Positions 1 to 12,200 of a stretch of 64,000 nucleotides of DNA are shown here, one piece after another (the stretch's first letter is position 1; each line of letters starts with the position of its first letter). Both the position numbers and the translations under genes were made by a program. Source of the DNA: Mustelus asterias. Taxonomy: Eukaryota. The notes beneath the pieces are model-generated. The model had not been told where the DNA came from. It worked only from the letters and a program-made list of their open reading frames with translations, and made no database searches. The DNA lies in contig NW_027590242.1 in the NCBI RefSeq assembly GCF_964213995.1, positions 186,001 through 250,000 of the forward strand, read 5' to 3'.

Positions 1-35
1 AGAGAGTGAAGCAGGGAGAGAGAGAGAAACAGGGA

Positions 36-73
<38 letters not shown>

Positions 74-336
74 CAGGGAGAGAGAGAGAGCAGGGAGAGA
101 GAGAGAAGCAGGCAGAGAGAGAGCGAGGCAGGGAGAGGGAGACTGAGAGGCAGGGAGAGAGAGGAAGAGAGGCAGGGAGTGAGGGAGAGAGAGATGCAGG
201 GAGAGAGAGGCAGGGAGAGAGAGTGGCTGGGAGAGAGAGAGAGAGGCAGGGAGAGAGAGGCAGAGAGAGAGGCAGGGGGAGGGAGAGGCAGTTGGGGAGA
301 CAGAGAGAAAAAGAGGCAGGGAGAGCCAGAGAGGCA

Positions 337-373
<37 letters not shown>

Positions 374-910
374 TGGTCCAGGAAGAGAGAGAGAGAGCGC
401 CAGGGGGAGAGAGGGAGAGAGAGAGAGACAGGGAGCGGGAGAGAGAGAGAGAGGCGGGGGAAGGGGGAGAAAGGGAGAGGGAGAGAGAGGCTGGAAGAGA
501 GAGAGAGAGAAGGAGCGAGAGAGGGGTAGGGAGAGAGAGAGAGAGAGAGAGGCGGAGAGAGGCAGGGAGAAAGAAAGGCAGGGATAGAGAAAGAGGCAGG
601 GAGAGAGACAGAGGAAGAGAGATAGAGAGAGAGGCAGGGAGAGAGAGAGAGAGACATGGAGAGAGAGAGAGAGAGGCAGGGGGATAGAGAAAAAGAGGCA
701 GGAAGAGAGGGAGAGAGAGAGAGAGCGAGGCAGGAACAGAGATAAGCAGAGAGGGAGAGAGACGCAGGGAGAGAGAGAGAGGCTGGAGCAGGTAAAGAGA
801 CAAATAGAGGGGCAGGGATGGAGGGAGAGTCAGGGAGGGAGAGAGGGAGAGAGGGAGAGAGAGGGAGAGAGAGACAGGGAGTGAGTGAGATAGAGGGGCA
901 GGGAGAGACA
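1..910. repeat. GA-rich low-complexity / degenerate (GAGAGAGGCAGG)n tract
   Basis: Nearly pure purine tract of GA repeats with recurring GAGGCAGGGA. The RE-rich ORFs 179..529 and 223..687 are translations of this repeat. Confidence 0.95.
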
Positions 911-1249
911 GTGTCTCTTCGCTGAGATTGTGTGCTTTTGCTCACATGGACACTGCATTTCCTTTATCCTAATGATTTGAGAGTATATAGAACTCCCCCC
1001 AAAACTTTAGCAGTGTGACAATTCTAATTATCTTCAAGGATCACACCGTGATGCCTCTTGCCCAGAGCAGGGAAAATCCTGACATACATTCCCCTGAATC
1101 GCCTACTTCCTGTGGCTGAGAATATCCTCCCAGGGTCACAGCGCGGAGATTTCCTGTCCCACTCACGGCAATATTCGCCACTGGTGGGACCAGAAAATCC
1201 CTCTGACAGTGCAGCTTTAGGACTTCCAGAGGAACCTCATGGTCTTCGT

Positions 1250-1560
1250 TGCCAGACAAATCCAAGAAGATTCGAGAACCACATCAGGAACTTTTTGTTG
1301 CATTCATTGACCTGCCCAAAACATTTGACTCAGCAAATTGTGAGGCTTTGAGGAATGTGCTTCCAAGAGAATTTATCTGCAGTTGCTTTACGATGATCTG
1401 GCTGCAGCCATCCTGCATGGGAAATCTGAGTAAGAAGTTTAACAACACCAGACTTGTTTGATATCCTGACTGGCATCAAACAAAGCTGTGTAAAAACCTT
1501 CACACTATTTACAATCTTCCCAATAGCCAATGTTCACTGCATCAAATATGATCCAAGTGT
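1250..1560 (+). mobile_element. RTE-clade LINE reverse-transcriptase fragment (degenerate)
   Basis: Translates to FVAFIDLPKTFDS and TGIKQSCVKTFTLFTIF, resembling RT motifs FIDLxKAFD and GVKQGCVLAPTLF. Confidence 0.6.
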
Positions 1561-1726
1561 CAATATTTTTATAGAATCTACAGTGCAGAAGGAGGCCATT
1601 TGGCCCATCGAGCCTACACCGACAACAATCCCACCTAGTCCCTATCCCCATAACCCCACATGTTTAACTTCCATTCCCCCTGACACTAAGGGGTAATTTA
1701 TCATGACCAATCAATCTATCCCATTG

Positions 1727-2100
1727 GGAGAGACAGAGAGAGGGGCACGGAGGGAGAGAGAGAGAGGCAGGGAGAGATAGAGCGAGTAGGGCAAGGAGAG
1801 GAAGAGAGAGAGATTCAGGGAGAGAGAGGAAGAGAGGCAAAGAGAGAGAGGCAGGGAGAGAGAGAAAGAGAGAGAGAGAGAGACAAAGAAAGAGAGATGC
1901 AGGGAGAGAGGGAGATAGAGGGGCAGGGAGAGAGAGACGTAAGGAGAGAGAGAGAGAGGCAGGAAGGGGGAGAGAGAGAGAGGCAGGGAGGGAGAGGGAG
2001 GGAGAGAAAGAGAGAGAGAAACGGAGAGGCAGAGAGGAAGAGAGAGAGGGGTACTGAGAGAGAGAGACAGAAAACAGAGAGAACAGAAACAAAGAGGCGG
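1727..2100. repeat. GA-rich low-complexity tract
   Basis: Same GAGAGGCAGG-type purine repeat as 1-910. Confidence 0.95.
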
Positions 2101-2144
2101 GATGGCAGGTAAATAGGATGGTGAAAAGAGCACATGAAACACTC

Positions 2145-2765
2145 GCCTTTTCGAATCGGTGTTTCGGTTACAAAAACATGGAGGTCATGATGAAGTTGTA
2201 TAGAACTTTGTTTGGCCACAGCTGGAGTGCAGTTCTGGTCGCCACATTATAGGAAGGACGTGAACGCCCTGGAAGGGGGTGCAGAGGAGATTAACCAGGA
2301 TGATGCCTGGGATGGAACATTTAAGTTATGAAGAGAGTTTGGGTCGGCTTGGGTTGTTTTCCTTGGAGGAGAGCAGACTGAGGGGGCGACCTGATTGAGG
2401 TGTTCAAGATTATGAGGGACATGGACAGAGTGGATAGGGAGCATCTGTTCCCCTTAGTTGAAGGGTCAGTTACGAGGGGACACAAGTTAAAAGTGAGGGG
2501 TGGGAGGTTTTGGGGGGATTTGAGGAAAAACCTTTTTACTCAGAGGGTGATGACGGTCTGGAATGCGCTGCCTGGGAGGGTGGAGTAGTGGGATACGTCA
2601 CATCCTTTAAAAAGAACCTGGATCAGTACATGGCACCTATAACATTCAAGGCTATGGGACAAGTGCTGCCAAGTGGGATTACGTGGGCAGGTAACGGCAT
2701 TTCATGCGTGGGTGCGGATTCGATGAGCTGAGGGGCCTTTTCTGCACTGTAGGATTCTGTGATTC
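2145..2765 (+). mobile_element. CR1 LINE 3' fragment
   Basis: FKIMRDMDRVDREHLFPLVEGSVTRGHKLKVRGGRF...FTQRVMTVWNALP is the typical CR1 ORF2 C-terminus, ending in a gattctgt tail. Confidence 0.9.
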
Positions 2766-4632
2766 TGTGAAAGAGAGACAGATACAGTGAGGGACAGAAA
2801 CAGTAAAATACAAATAAAGTGACAGACACAGGGGCTGGGAAACAGTGGCTGGGAAAGAGGGCGGAGAATGAGTGAGATAGAAAGAATAAGGCAGCAAGAA
2901 GGAGCCAAAAGAAAGGATCAGAAACAGAGAGACACTGAGTGACACAGAGACAGCACATTCCAAACCCACAACCACTACCTTCCAGGACAAGAGCAGCAGA
3001 TGCTGGGAAAACCGATAGTCAACAAGTACCGTAAGGGAAAGTTGAAAAGAACTTTGAAGAGAGGTCACTCTCCAGGTCACTCACCAATCCGACTTGAAAA
3101 TATATTGCTGTTCCTTCATTGGTGCTGGGATAAAATCCGGGAACTCCCGACCTATGGTGTGTCGACACCTCAAGAACTGCCCAGTTTAAGAACGCAGCTC
3201 ACCACCACCTTCTCAATGGCAGTAGGGATAAATCCTGGTGTAGCCAGCGATGCCACATCCGATAAACAAATAAATAAAGAACTCTTCTCCCAGGCAAATG
3301 GATTCTTTCTGTATTTCTAAACAGCTGATTATGGTTTCCGGGGGCTACTGGTATCGCAGCAAGTCATCTCGAAGTTTGTACAAATTCAAAAACTTTTCTG
3401 CAGCTATCAGACATCACAACATGATGACAATTGGAACTAAATACTTTGCTTTCAAAGACTTGGCCTTCATCATTCAGCAAATGCTTGAACACGGGAGATA
3501 TGGAAATTACCTCTGAAGTGATTGTTTCTGTCTCTGATTAAAAACCGGAACTGAAAACCAGCAAGCTTGGGTATCATTGTTTCTGACATTGAAATTGATA
3601 AAATATATTGAAATGAGCTGCTATTTCAAAGCATTCAAGTACAAACAAAAACTAATGGAAAAAAAAAGATCAGGGTTCCCGGGTATCAAGAAGAGTTCTT
3701 TGAGGAGAAGTAAATTGAACAGGAACAAAACCAATGAGCTCAACAACAAATCTGGAATTGATTTGAAATTTCTGACACTTTATAATGGGTTAAAGTGAAA
3801 AACAAATAAAATATATTAATCTCTGGATTTAAGTGGTAATGTTTGAATCTGTTTTACAGATATTATGAGAGTATTGAATTCGACAGTTGTTTCTCCAAGG
3901 CTGATCAGTGAGTTCAGATAGTAATTGAGATCTGTCTGCTTGAATGAGAAAAGGGGCTGAGGATGGTGGAACATCACAGTCGCAAATGGGAATTGGAATA
4001 ACTCACCCTGGGTGTAGTTTAATGTAACAGTTCAATCTGGTGTTGATGTAGATTCTAGTGAAAGAAAGGTGCAAATTAGACTCATATATTGATGGCTTCT
4101 CTCGGATATATTTGTATCTTTGCCTTTCAACATTTATTTTGAAGGAAAACTGCATTTGTTAGTCCAGCTGCAAACAAATTCATCAGGACAATGCATGTTG
4201 ATGTGGAGACTGACACCATTTCATTTTCTGACAGGATCACCTGAATGGCGAGGAATGGCTTGTATTGGATGGAGCATGTGACATGATGTTAGAATGCCAG
4301 TGTGAGTGTGCCGATATGATTTATTACTTGTAGAGTAACTAACATGCAGAAGTGCTTGGTGAACCGCTCCTGAAGGACAGGCCCCAGACTTGCTCAGCTA
4401 CTGGACAACAGATTATGCAGGTGCTAACGGGGGCTCGAAGAGTATATCACTTTTTGCAAGTCAATTAGACATGCTCCATAAAAAAGTGGATTTGAAACTA
4501 TTAAGATAGTGGTCCGACGGAGTGAAATGAAAGTAAAAGGGATTTGGATTGGGACAATTGAAGGAATTCTTAATAAGAATTATACACAAGATGGATACAG
4601 GAGAAGGGAGAGCTGGAGAATATTTTAAGCAC

Positions 4633-5232
4633 AGTAAGAAGTCTCACAACACCAGGTTAAAGTCCAACAGGTTTATTTGGTAGCAAATACCATAAGCTTT
4701 CGGAGCACTGCTCCTTCGTCAGATGGAGTGGATATCTGTTCTCAAACAGTGCAAACAGACACAGAAATCAAATTACAGAATACTGATTAGAATGCAAATC
4801 TCTACAGCCAGCCAGGTCTTAAATGTACAGACAATGTGGGTGGAGGGAGCATTCAACACAGGTTAAAGAGATGTGTATTGTCTCCAGACAGAACAGCTAG
4901 TGAAATTCTGCAAGTCCAGGAGGCAAGCTGTGGGGGTTACTGATAATGTGACATAAATCCAACATCCCAGTTTAGGCCGTCCTCATGTGTGCGGAACTTG
5001 GCTATCAGTTTCTGCTCAGCGACTCTGCGCTGTCGTGTGTCGTGAAGGCCGCCTTGGAGAACGCTTACCTGAAGATCCAAGGCTGAGTGCCCGTGACTGC
5101 TGAAGTGCTCCCCCACAGGAAGAGAACAGTCTTGCCTGGTGATTGTCGAGCGATGTTCATTCATCCGTTGTCGTAGTGTCTGCATGGTTTCCCCAACGTA
5201 CCATGCCTCGGGACATCCTTTCTTGCAGCGTA
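4633..5232 (-). mobile_element. Penelope-like element 3' part: GIY-YIG endonuclease end plus pseudo-LTR with hammerhead ribozyme
   Basis: ORF 4937..5320 contains CKKGCPEAWYVGET...RMNEHR...VGEHF...GLN (GIY-YIG of Penelope). The downstream region holds CTGACGA-A-GGAGC-AGT-GCTCC-GAAA. Confidence 0.9.
4688..4730 (-). ncRNA. Minimal type I hammerhead ribozyme (Penelope pLTR)
   Basis: Minus strand CCAT-CTGACGA-A-GGAGC-AGT-GCTCC-GAAA-GCTTA-TGG: intact core boxes, 5-bp stem II, palindromic AAGCTT stem III, UUA cleavage triplet and CCA/TGG stem I. Confidence 0.8.
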
Positions 5233-5599
5233 TTTTAAGCCCTTGCATGATCTGTTGTTTCCATTTAACATTTTTTAAAAATTCATTCCTGGGACCTGGG
5301 CGTCGCTGGCTGGCCAGCATCTATTGCCCATCAATCGTTGCCCTTGAGAAGGTGGTGGTGATCTGCCTTCTTGAATCGCTGCAGTCCATGTTTAGCAAAC
5401 ACTCACTACAAAAGGATAATGAATATCATTGAAAGGTGGGGAGCACAATCCACATCAATCACCTTTTCCAAATCTATTCCTGTACCTCGTGGTGCACTAA
5501 GACAGGCGTTTGTCTGTTCCCATAGCAAGTTCTTTCAGGAATAGGTCGCTCGTCTGTTTCCAGGGCATTGTAACTTGAGAGACATCACTCCGCAACAAC

Positions 5600-5760
5600 G
5601 GAACCATCACATCTTTGGAGTCTGGGAGGAAACTCAGCACCGAAAGGAAACCCACACAGGCACAGGGAGAACATACAAACTCCAGGCAGACAGTCACCCA
5701 AGGCCGGAATTGAACTCGGTCCCCTGGCACAGTAAGGCAGCAGTGCTCACCACTGTGACA
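5600..5760 (-). mobile_element. HE1-type tRNA-derived SINE (partial)
   Basis: Minus strand cacagtggtgagcactgctgccttac...tgactgtctgcctggagtttg matches the shark HE1 SINE head. Confidence 0.8.
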
Positions 5761-5810
5761 CATTCGTTAATAGTTTCCCAGAGGTCAGAGTCCTCATTGA
5801 TTTGAGGCCA

Positions 5811-7022
5811 TAAGACCATAAGATATAGGAGCAGAATTAGGCCATTTGGCCCATCGAGTCTGCTCCATCATTCAATCATGATATGATTCTCATCCCTATT
5901 CCCCTGCCTTGTCTCCGTAACCCAAGATTGCTTTCTTGATCGAGAACCTATCTAACTCTGCCTTAAAGACATTCAATGACTTAGCTTTCACAGCCCTCTG
6001 TGGCAATGAGTTCTATAGATTCACCACCCTCTGGCTGAAGAAATTCCTCCTCATCTCATAGAATCCCTACAGTACAGAAGGAGGCTATTCAGCACATCGA
6101 ATCTATACCGACCACAATCCCACCCAGGACGATTCCCGCCAACCTACACATTTACCCTACTAATCCCCCTGACACTAGGGTCAATTTTAGCATAGCCAAT
6201 CAACTTAACCTGCACATCGATGGACTGTGGGGAGAAACCAGAGCACCCGGAGGCAACCCACGCAGACATGGGGAGTAAGTGCAAACTCCATACAGACAAT
6301 GAGTGACCTGAGGCCAGAATTTAACCCAGATCCCTTGGTGCTGTGAGGCAGCAGTGCTAACCACTGTGCTGCCTCAGTTACAAAGGAGCGATCGTTCACT
6401 CTGAGGTTGTGCCCTCGAGTTCTAATCTCTCCCACTAGTGGAAACATCCTCTCCACATCCACTCTATCTGGCCTCTCAGTATTCTGTAAATTTCAATTAG
6501 ATCCCCCCTCATCTTTCTGAACTCCATCGAGTATAGACCGAGACTCATCAACCACTCCTCATATGACAAACCCTTCCTTCCTGGGATCATTCTTGTGAAC
6601 CTCCTCTGGACCACCTCCAAGGCCAGCACATCCTTCCTTTGGTATGGAGTCCAAAACTGCTCACTATACTCCAAATGGGGTCTGAGCAGAGCTTTATACA
6701 GCCTCAGAAGTACATCCCTGCTCATGTAGTCTACCCCTCTAAAAATAAAATTTGACATTGAATTTGCCTTCCTAATGTCCAACTGAACCTGCACGTTAAC
6801 GTTGAGAGTCCTGAACCAAAACTCCCAAGACCCTTTTTGCTTCAGATTTCCAAGACCTTTGCACATTTAGAAAATAGTCTACGCTTGCATTCTTCCTACC
6901 ATAGTGCATAACCTCACACTTTCCCACTTAGAATTCCATCTGCCACTTCTTTGACAACTGTACTAACTTGTCCAAGTTCTTCTGCAGTCTCCCCACTTCC
7001 TCAACACTACCTGTTCTTCTAC
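5811..7022 (-). mobile_element. CR1 LINE 3' fragment interrupted by an HE1 SINE (about 6057-6375)
   Basis: ORF 6435..6866 YKALLRPHLEYSEQFW...RRFTRMIPG, with an HE1 SINE nested in the ORF2 end. Confidence 0.9.
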
Positions 7023-7479
7023 AAATTGTAACCTCTTATTTATTGTTCCCCTCCCCCATCCTCTGAAGTGAACCATCCTCCAGTGGATGTGCCAGGATGG
7101 GGCCGTAAACTTGGGCCTGCCCCGGGAGGGAGAATGCCCGCAGCTGCAAAGGGAGCTGACAATGATCCTGAAGGTTTTGCAGATCCGCAAAATGTTCCCA
7201 AATCCTCACATTTCTAGCCCCGCCCCCTCTTCCTATTGGTTCGGAGCTGCCGTCAATCAGTCCCTGGGCACTGTGACGTGGAACAAATCCTTCTGAATCA
7301 TTGTCAGCTCCCTGTATTGCAGCTGCGTGGCTTCTCCATCCCTCCCGGGAACAGGCCCAGGTTAACGGCCCCATCCGGGTTTGCAGCTGGAGCATGTGCA
7401 ATCCCTGGAGACAGACGGCAAGGAGCTTCAGCGAGAGGGTTTTAAATGGAGATTTTTACCAAGACCCAGTACGGATGCA

Positions 7480-7700
7480 GAGCCCGAAGTAGAACCGGAA
7501 ACAGATATTGAGCCGGTTGGTGGGTTCTGAGGCTTCATGAACAAGCGGTATATCGAGTACAAACAAAATCCTCGGGCCTTCAGGCCCGAGTTCACATCCG
7601 ACATCTTGAAAGAAGGCAGTGAGTGCCAAGGCGCATGCGTGTGTGTCAATGTATGGGGTAGTAAGCTGCAGGGCGCATGCGTGTCCGCCATCTTGCAATT
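7480..7700. promoter_or_regulatory. Putative CpG-type promoter with NRF1 and YY1 motifs
   Basis: GCGCATGCG at 7631 and 7673 (NRF1-like), CCGCCATCTTG at 7685 (YY1-like) and ACCGGAA near 7495 (ETS-like). It lies upstream of the ZNF pseudogene. Confidence 0.55.
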
Positions 7701-8352
7701 GGGCAAATCCGAATGAATAATCCACAGAAGACAAAATATTGGAGATAGAATTTGTCGTGAAATCAATGCATTGTTGAAAGAGGACTCCAGGGTTACAGTC
7801 AGCAGCAACTTGTATTTATATAACACCATTAACATCACCAGTCCCAGTGCATTTCACAGGAACATTATAAAACAAAGTGAGAAAGCCAGACGCATCAGGA
7901 CTTTTTCAAACAAGTGATCTGAAGCTTGGGAAAAGTGGTTTATTTTAAGGAGGGTCTTAAATCGTAGGCAGATAGTACAAAACCTAAGTATTGCTGAAAA
8001 AAGAGGCATGGTGTTAAAGCTTTTCAAATTGCTCTCATCAAGATTCCAAAGGGAACAACAATTTATACTGTGTAAGCAAAGGACAACCATTGGTTTGCCA
8101 GTCAGCTCTGATTAGTCTAGCCATTGCTATGTAGAACAAGTGACGGAGCTGTCAACCGCCGCCCCCCCCCCCGCCCAACCCCCATCCACCGATGCTCCCC
8201 CAGGCTTTTCCTTTGACCTGCAGAGGACAGGTTCTTGTCCATGAATATATGCAGCCTGAGTGATATTTTGAAATTTGGAATTCTGGAATCTGTTCTGATG
8301 ACTACAAGGACAGCATGCCCTTTTTACAGCAATATATATATATATATATTAA

Positions 8353-8662
8353 GTCCTACAGTGCAGAAGGAGGCCATTCGCAACATCGAGTCTGCACCAA
8401 CCACAATTCCACCCAGGCCCTATCCCCATAACCATGTATTTATCCCAGCTCGTCCTCTTGACACTAAGGGACAATTTAGCAGAGCCAATCCACCTAACCC
8501 GCACACCTTTGGACTGTGGGAGGAGACCGAATCTCCTGGAGGAAACGCACGCAGACACGGGGGAGAACGTGCAAATTCCACACAGACAGCGAGCCAAGCC
8601 GGGAATCAAATGCAGGCCCTTGGCGCTATGAAGCAGCAGTGCTAACCACTGGGCCACCGTGT
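8353..8662 (-). mobile_element. HE1-type SINE, near full length
   Basis: Minus strand acggtggcccagtggttagcactgctgcttcatagcgcc...gcctccttctgcactgtagg. Confidence 0.9.
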
Positions 8663-9079
8663 CACCGTTTAAAGCAGGAAAGGGAGGGAGGCAGATGGAG
8701 AAATTCGGGAGAGAATTTCAGACCTTGGAGCCGGGGAAATTGACGGCCTGGTAACTAATGGTCGAGCGATTAGAGTACAGAATGCTCAAGAAGCGAGTAT
8801 TAGAGCAGTGCAGATACATCAGAGGATTATGAAGCAAAAGGGGATTTGAGAGATAGGGAGGAACGAGGCCTTGAAGTGATTTATACAATTTGGTCAAAAG
8901 GATACTGAAAAAATAAGCTGCACATTATTTGAATTTCAGCCCAGAGGGAAGGGAGATCATGTGGGGCAGAGATTTACAGATTTGGGGGAACAAGAGAAGA
9001 AAACATGTTCCGGATATTAGAATTGTCTGTTTTGAATTTCTGTCCTGAACTGACAGTAATTTTGTTAACTTCTTTTGCA

Positions 9080-9230
9080 GGATATTTGAAGTGGAATCAC
9101 ACATCAATACTCACACCAATGGCTCGATTCATCAGCTCCTAAATACTGTCAGCCTTTGCATGTGGAATGAGAAATGTTTGTTTTGCCCGTGGGAAACGAT
9201 TTCAAACATCAGTGTGACTGAAAAGCTCCC

Positions 9231-9261
<31 letters not shown>

Positions 9262-12200
9262 ACACACACATCCGAGTGAGAGTTTTCCAGTGAATTGACT
9301 GTGGAAAAAGCTTTATCAATTTCTGTCTTGAAGACGCTCAACGTCTCGGCCTCCACAGCCCTCTGTGGCAATGAATTCCACAGACCCACCACTCTCTGGC
9401 TGAAGAAATTTCTCCTCATCTCTGTTCTAAAGTGACTCCCTTTTATTCTAAGGCTGTGCCCCCGCGTCCTAGTCTCCCCTGTTAATGGAAACAACTTCCC
9501 TACGTCCATCCTATCTAAGCCGTTCATTATCTTGTAAGTTTCTATCAGATCTCCCCTCAACCTCCTAAACTCCAATGAATATAATCCCACGATCCTCAGA
9601 CGTTCATCGTATGTCAGGCCTACCATTCCTGGGATCATCCGTGTGAATCTCCGCTGGACCCGCTCCAGTGCCAGTATGTCCTTCCTGAGGTGTGGGGCCC
9701 AAAATTGCTCACAGTACTCCAAATGGGGCCTAACCAGTGCTTTATAAAGCCTCAGAAGTACATCCCTGCTTTTGTATTCCAAGCCTCTTGAGATAAATGA
9801 CAACATTACATTTGCTTTCCTAATTACGGACTCAACCTGCAAGTTTACCTTTAGAGAATCCTGGACTAGGACTCCCAAGTCCCTTTGCACTTTAGCATTA
9901 TGAATTTTGTCACCGTTTAGAAAATAGTCCATGCCTCTATTCTTTTTCCAAAGTGTACGACCTCGCACTTGCCCACGTTGAATTTCATCAGCCACTTCTT
10001 GGACCACTCTCCTAAACTGTCTAAATCTTTCTGCAGCCTCCCCACCTCCTCAATACTACCTGCCCCTCCACCTATCTTTGTATCATCGGCAAACTTGGCC
10101 AGAATGCTCCCAGTCCCGTCATCTAGATCGTTAATATATAAAGAGAACAGCTGTGGCCCCAACACTGAACCCTGCGGGACACCACTTGTCACCGGTTGCC
10201 ATTCTGAGAAAGAACCTTTTATCCCAACTCTCTGCCTTCTGTCTGACAGCCAATCGTCAATCCATGTTTGTACCTTGCCTCGAATACCATGGGCCCTTAT
10301 TTTACTCAGCAGTCTCCCGTGAGGCACCTTGTCAAAGGCCTTTTGGAAGTCAAGATAGATAACATCCATTGGCTCTCCTTGGTCTAACCTATTTGTTATC
10401 TCTTCAAAGAACTCTAACAGGTTTGTCAGGCACGACCTCCCCTTACTAAATCCATGCTGACTTGTCTTAATCCGACCCTGCACTTCCAAGAATTTAGAAA
10501 TCTCATCCTTAACGATGGATTCTAGAATTTTGCCAACAACTGAGGTTAGGCTAATTGGCCTATAATTTTCCATCTTTTTTCTTGTTCCCTTCTTGAACAG
10601 TGGGGTTACAACAGCGATTTTCCAATCCTCTGGGACTTTCCCTGACTCCAGTGACTTTTGAAAGATCATAACTAACGCCTCCACTATTTCTTCAGCTATC
10701 TCCTTTAGAACTCTAGGATGTAGCCCATCTGGGCCCGGAGATTTATCAATTTTCAGACCTTTTAGTTTCTCTAGCACTTTCTCCTTTGTGATGGCAACCA
10801 TATTCAACTCTGCCCCCTGACTTTCCTGAATTGTTGGGATATTACTCATGTCTTCTACTGTGAAGACTGACGCAAAGTACTTATTAAGTTCCTCAGCTAT
10901 TTCCTTGTCTCCCATCACTAGATTACCAGCGTCATTTTGGAGCGGCCCAATGTCTACTTTTGCCTCCCGTTTGTTTTTAATGTATTTAAAGAAACTTTTA
11001 CTATCATTCCTAATGTTACTGGCTAGCCTACCTTCATATTTGATCCTCTCCTTCCTTATTTCTCTCTTTGTTATCCTCTGTTTGTTTTTATAGCCTTCCC
11101 AATCTTCTGACTTCCCACTACTCTTTGCCACATTATAGGCTCTCTCTTTTGCCTTGATGCATTCCCTGACTTCCTTTGTCAGCCATGGCTGCCTAATCCC
11201 CCCTCTGATAACCTTCCTTTTGTTTGGGATGAACCTCTGCACTGTGTCCTCAATTACTCCCAGAAACTCCTGCCATTGCTGTTCTACTGTCTTTCCCACT
11301 AGGCTCTGCTTCCAGTCGATTTTTGTCAGTTCCTCCCTCATGCGCCTGTAATTACCTTTATTTAACTGTAGAACCTTCACATCTGATTCTGCCTTCCTTC
11401 TTTCAAATTGCAGACTGAATTCTACCATATTATGATCACTGCTTCCTAAGTGTTCCCTTACTTTAAGATCTTTTATCACGTCTGGCTCATTACATAACAC
11501 TAAGTCCAGAATAGCCTGTTCCCTCGTGGGCTCCATCACAAGCTGTTCCAAAAAGCCGTCCTGTAAACATTCAATGAATTCCCTTTCTTTGGGTCCACTG
11601 GCAACATTATTTACCCAGTCCACCTGCATATTGAAATCCCCCATGATCACTGTGACCTTGCCTTTCTGACATGCCCTTTCTATTTCGTGGTGCATTTTGT
11701 GCCCCTGGTCCTGACCACTGTCAGGAGGCCTGTACATAACTCCCATTATGGTTTTTTTGCCTTTGTGGTTCCTTAACTCTACCCACACAGACTCCACATC
11801 GTCTGACCCTATGTCGTTTAGTGCTATTGATTTAATTTCATTTCTAATTAACAAGGCAACCCCGCCCCCTCTACCCACCCCTCTGTCTTTTCGATAGGTT
11901 GTGAATCCCTGGATGTTTAACTGCCAGTCCTGAACCCCCTGCAACCACGTCTCTGTGATGCCTACCACATCATACCTGCCAGTCACAATCTGGGCCACAA
12001 GCTCATCTATCTTGTTCCGGACACTGCGGGCATTTAAATATAGCACCTTTAATTCCCTATTGACCGTCCCTTTTTGTTTTCGTAGTGTGGTGGACCTTGG
12101 TTTACTGAGCCTTTCCAGACACTGTGTCATATTTTGTGAGATGGGGACTATCGTAACCTCTCCTGAGTGCTGTCTTTTCGTGATTTTTTTGTAATCCTAA

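Noticed and set aside
179-2219. RE-rich and SL-rich ORFs
   Set aside because: They are translations of GA/TC microsatellite tracts.
4290-4430. Possible Ig/TCR V relic (W*TAPEGQAPDLLSY)
   Set aside because: There is no YYC motif, no RSS and no consistent frame.
9917-12130. 737-aa ORF as a host gene or active autonomous element
   Set aside because: It is CR1 ORF2, frameshifted and lacking both element ends.
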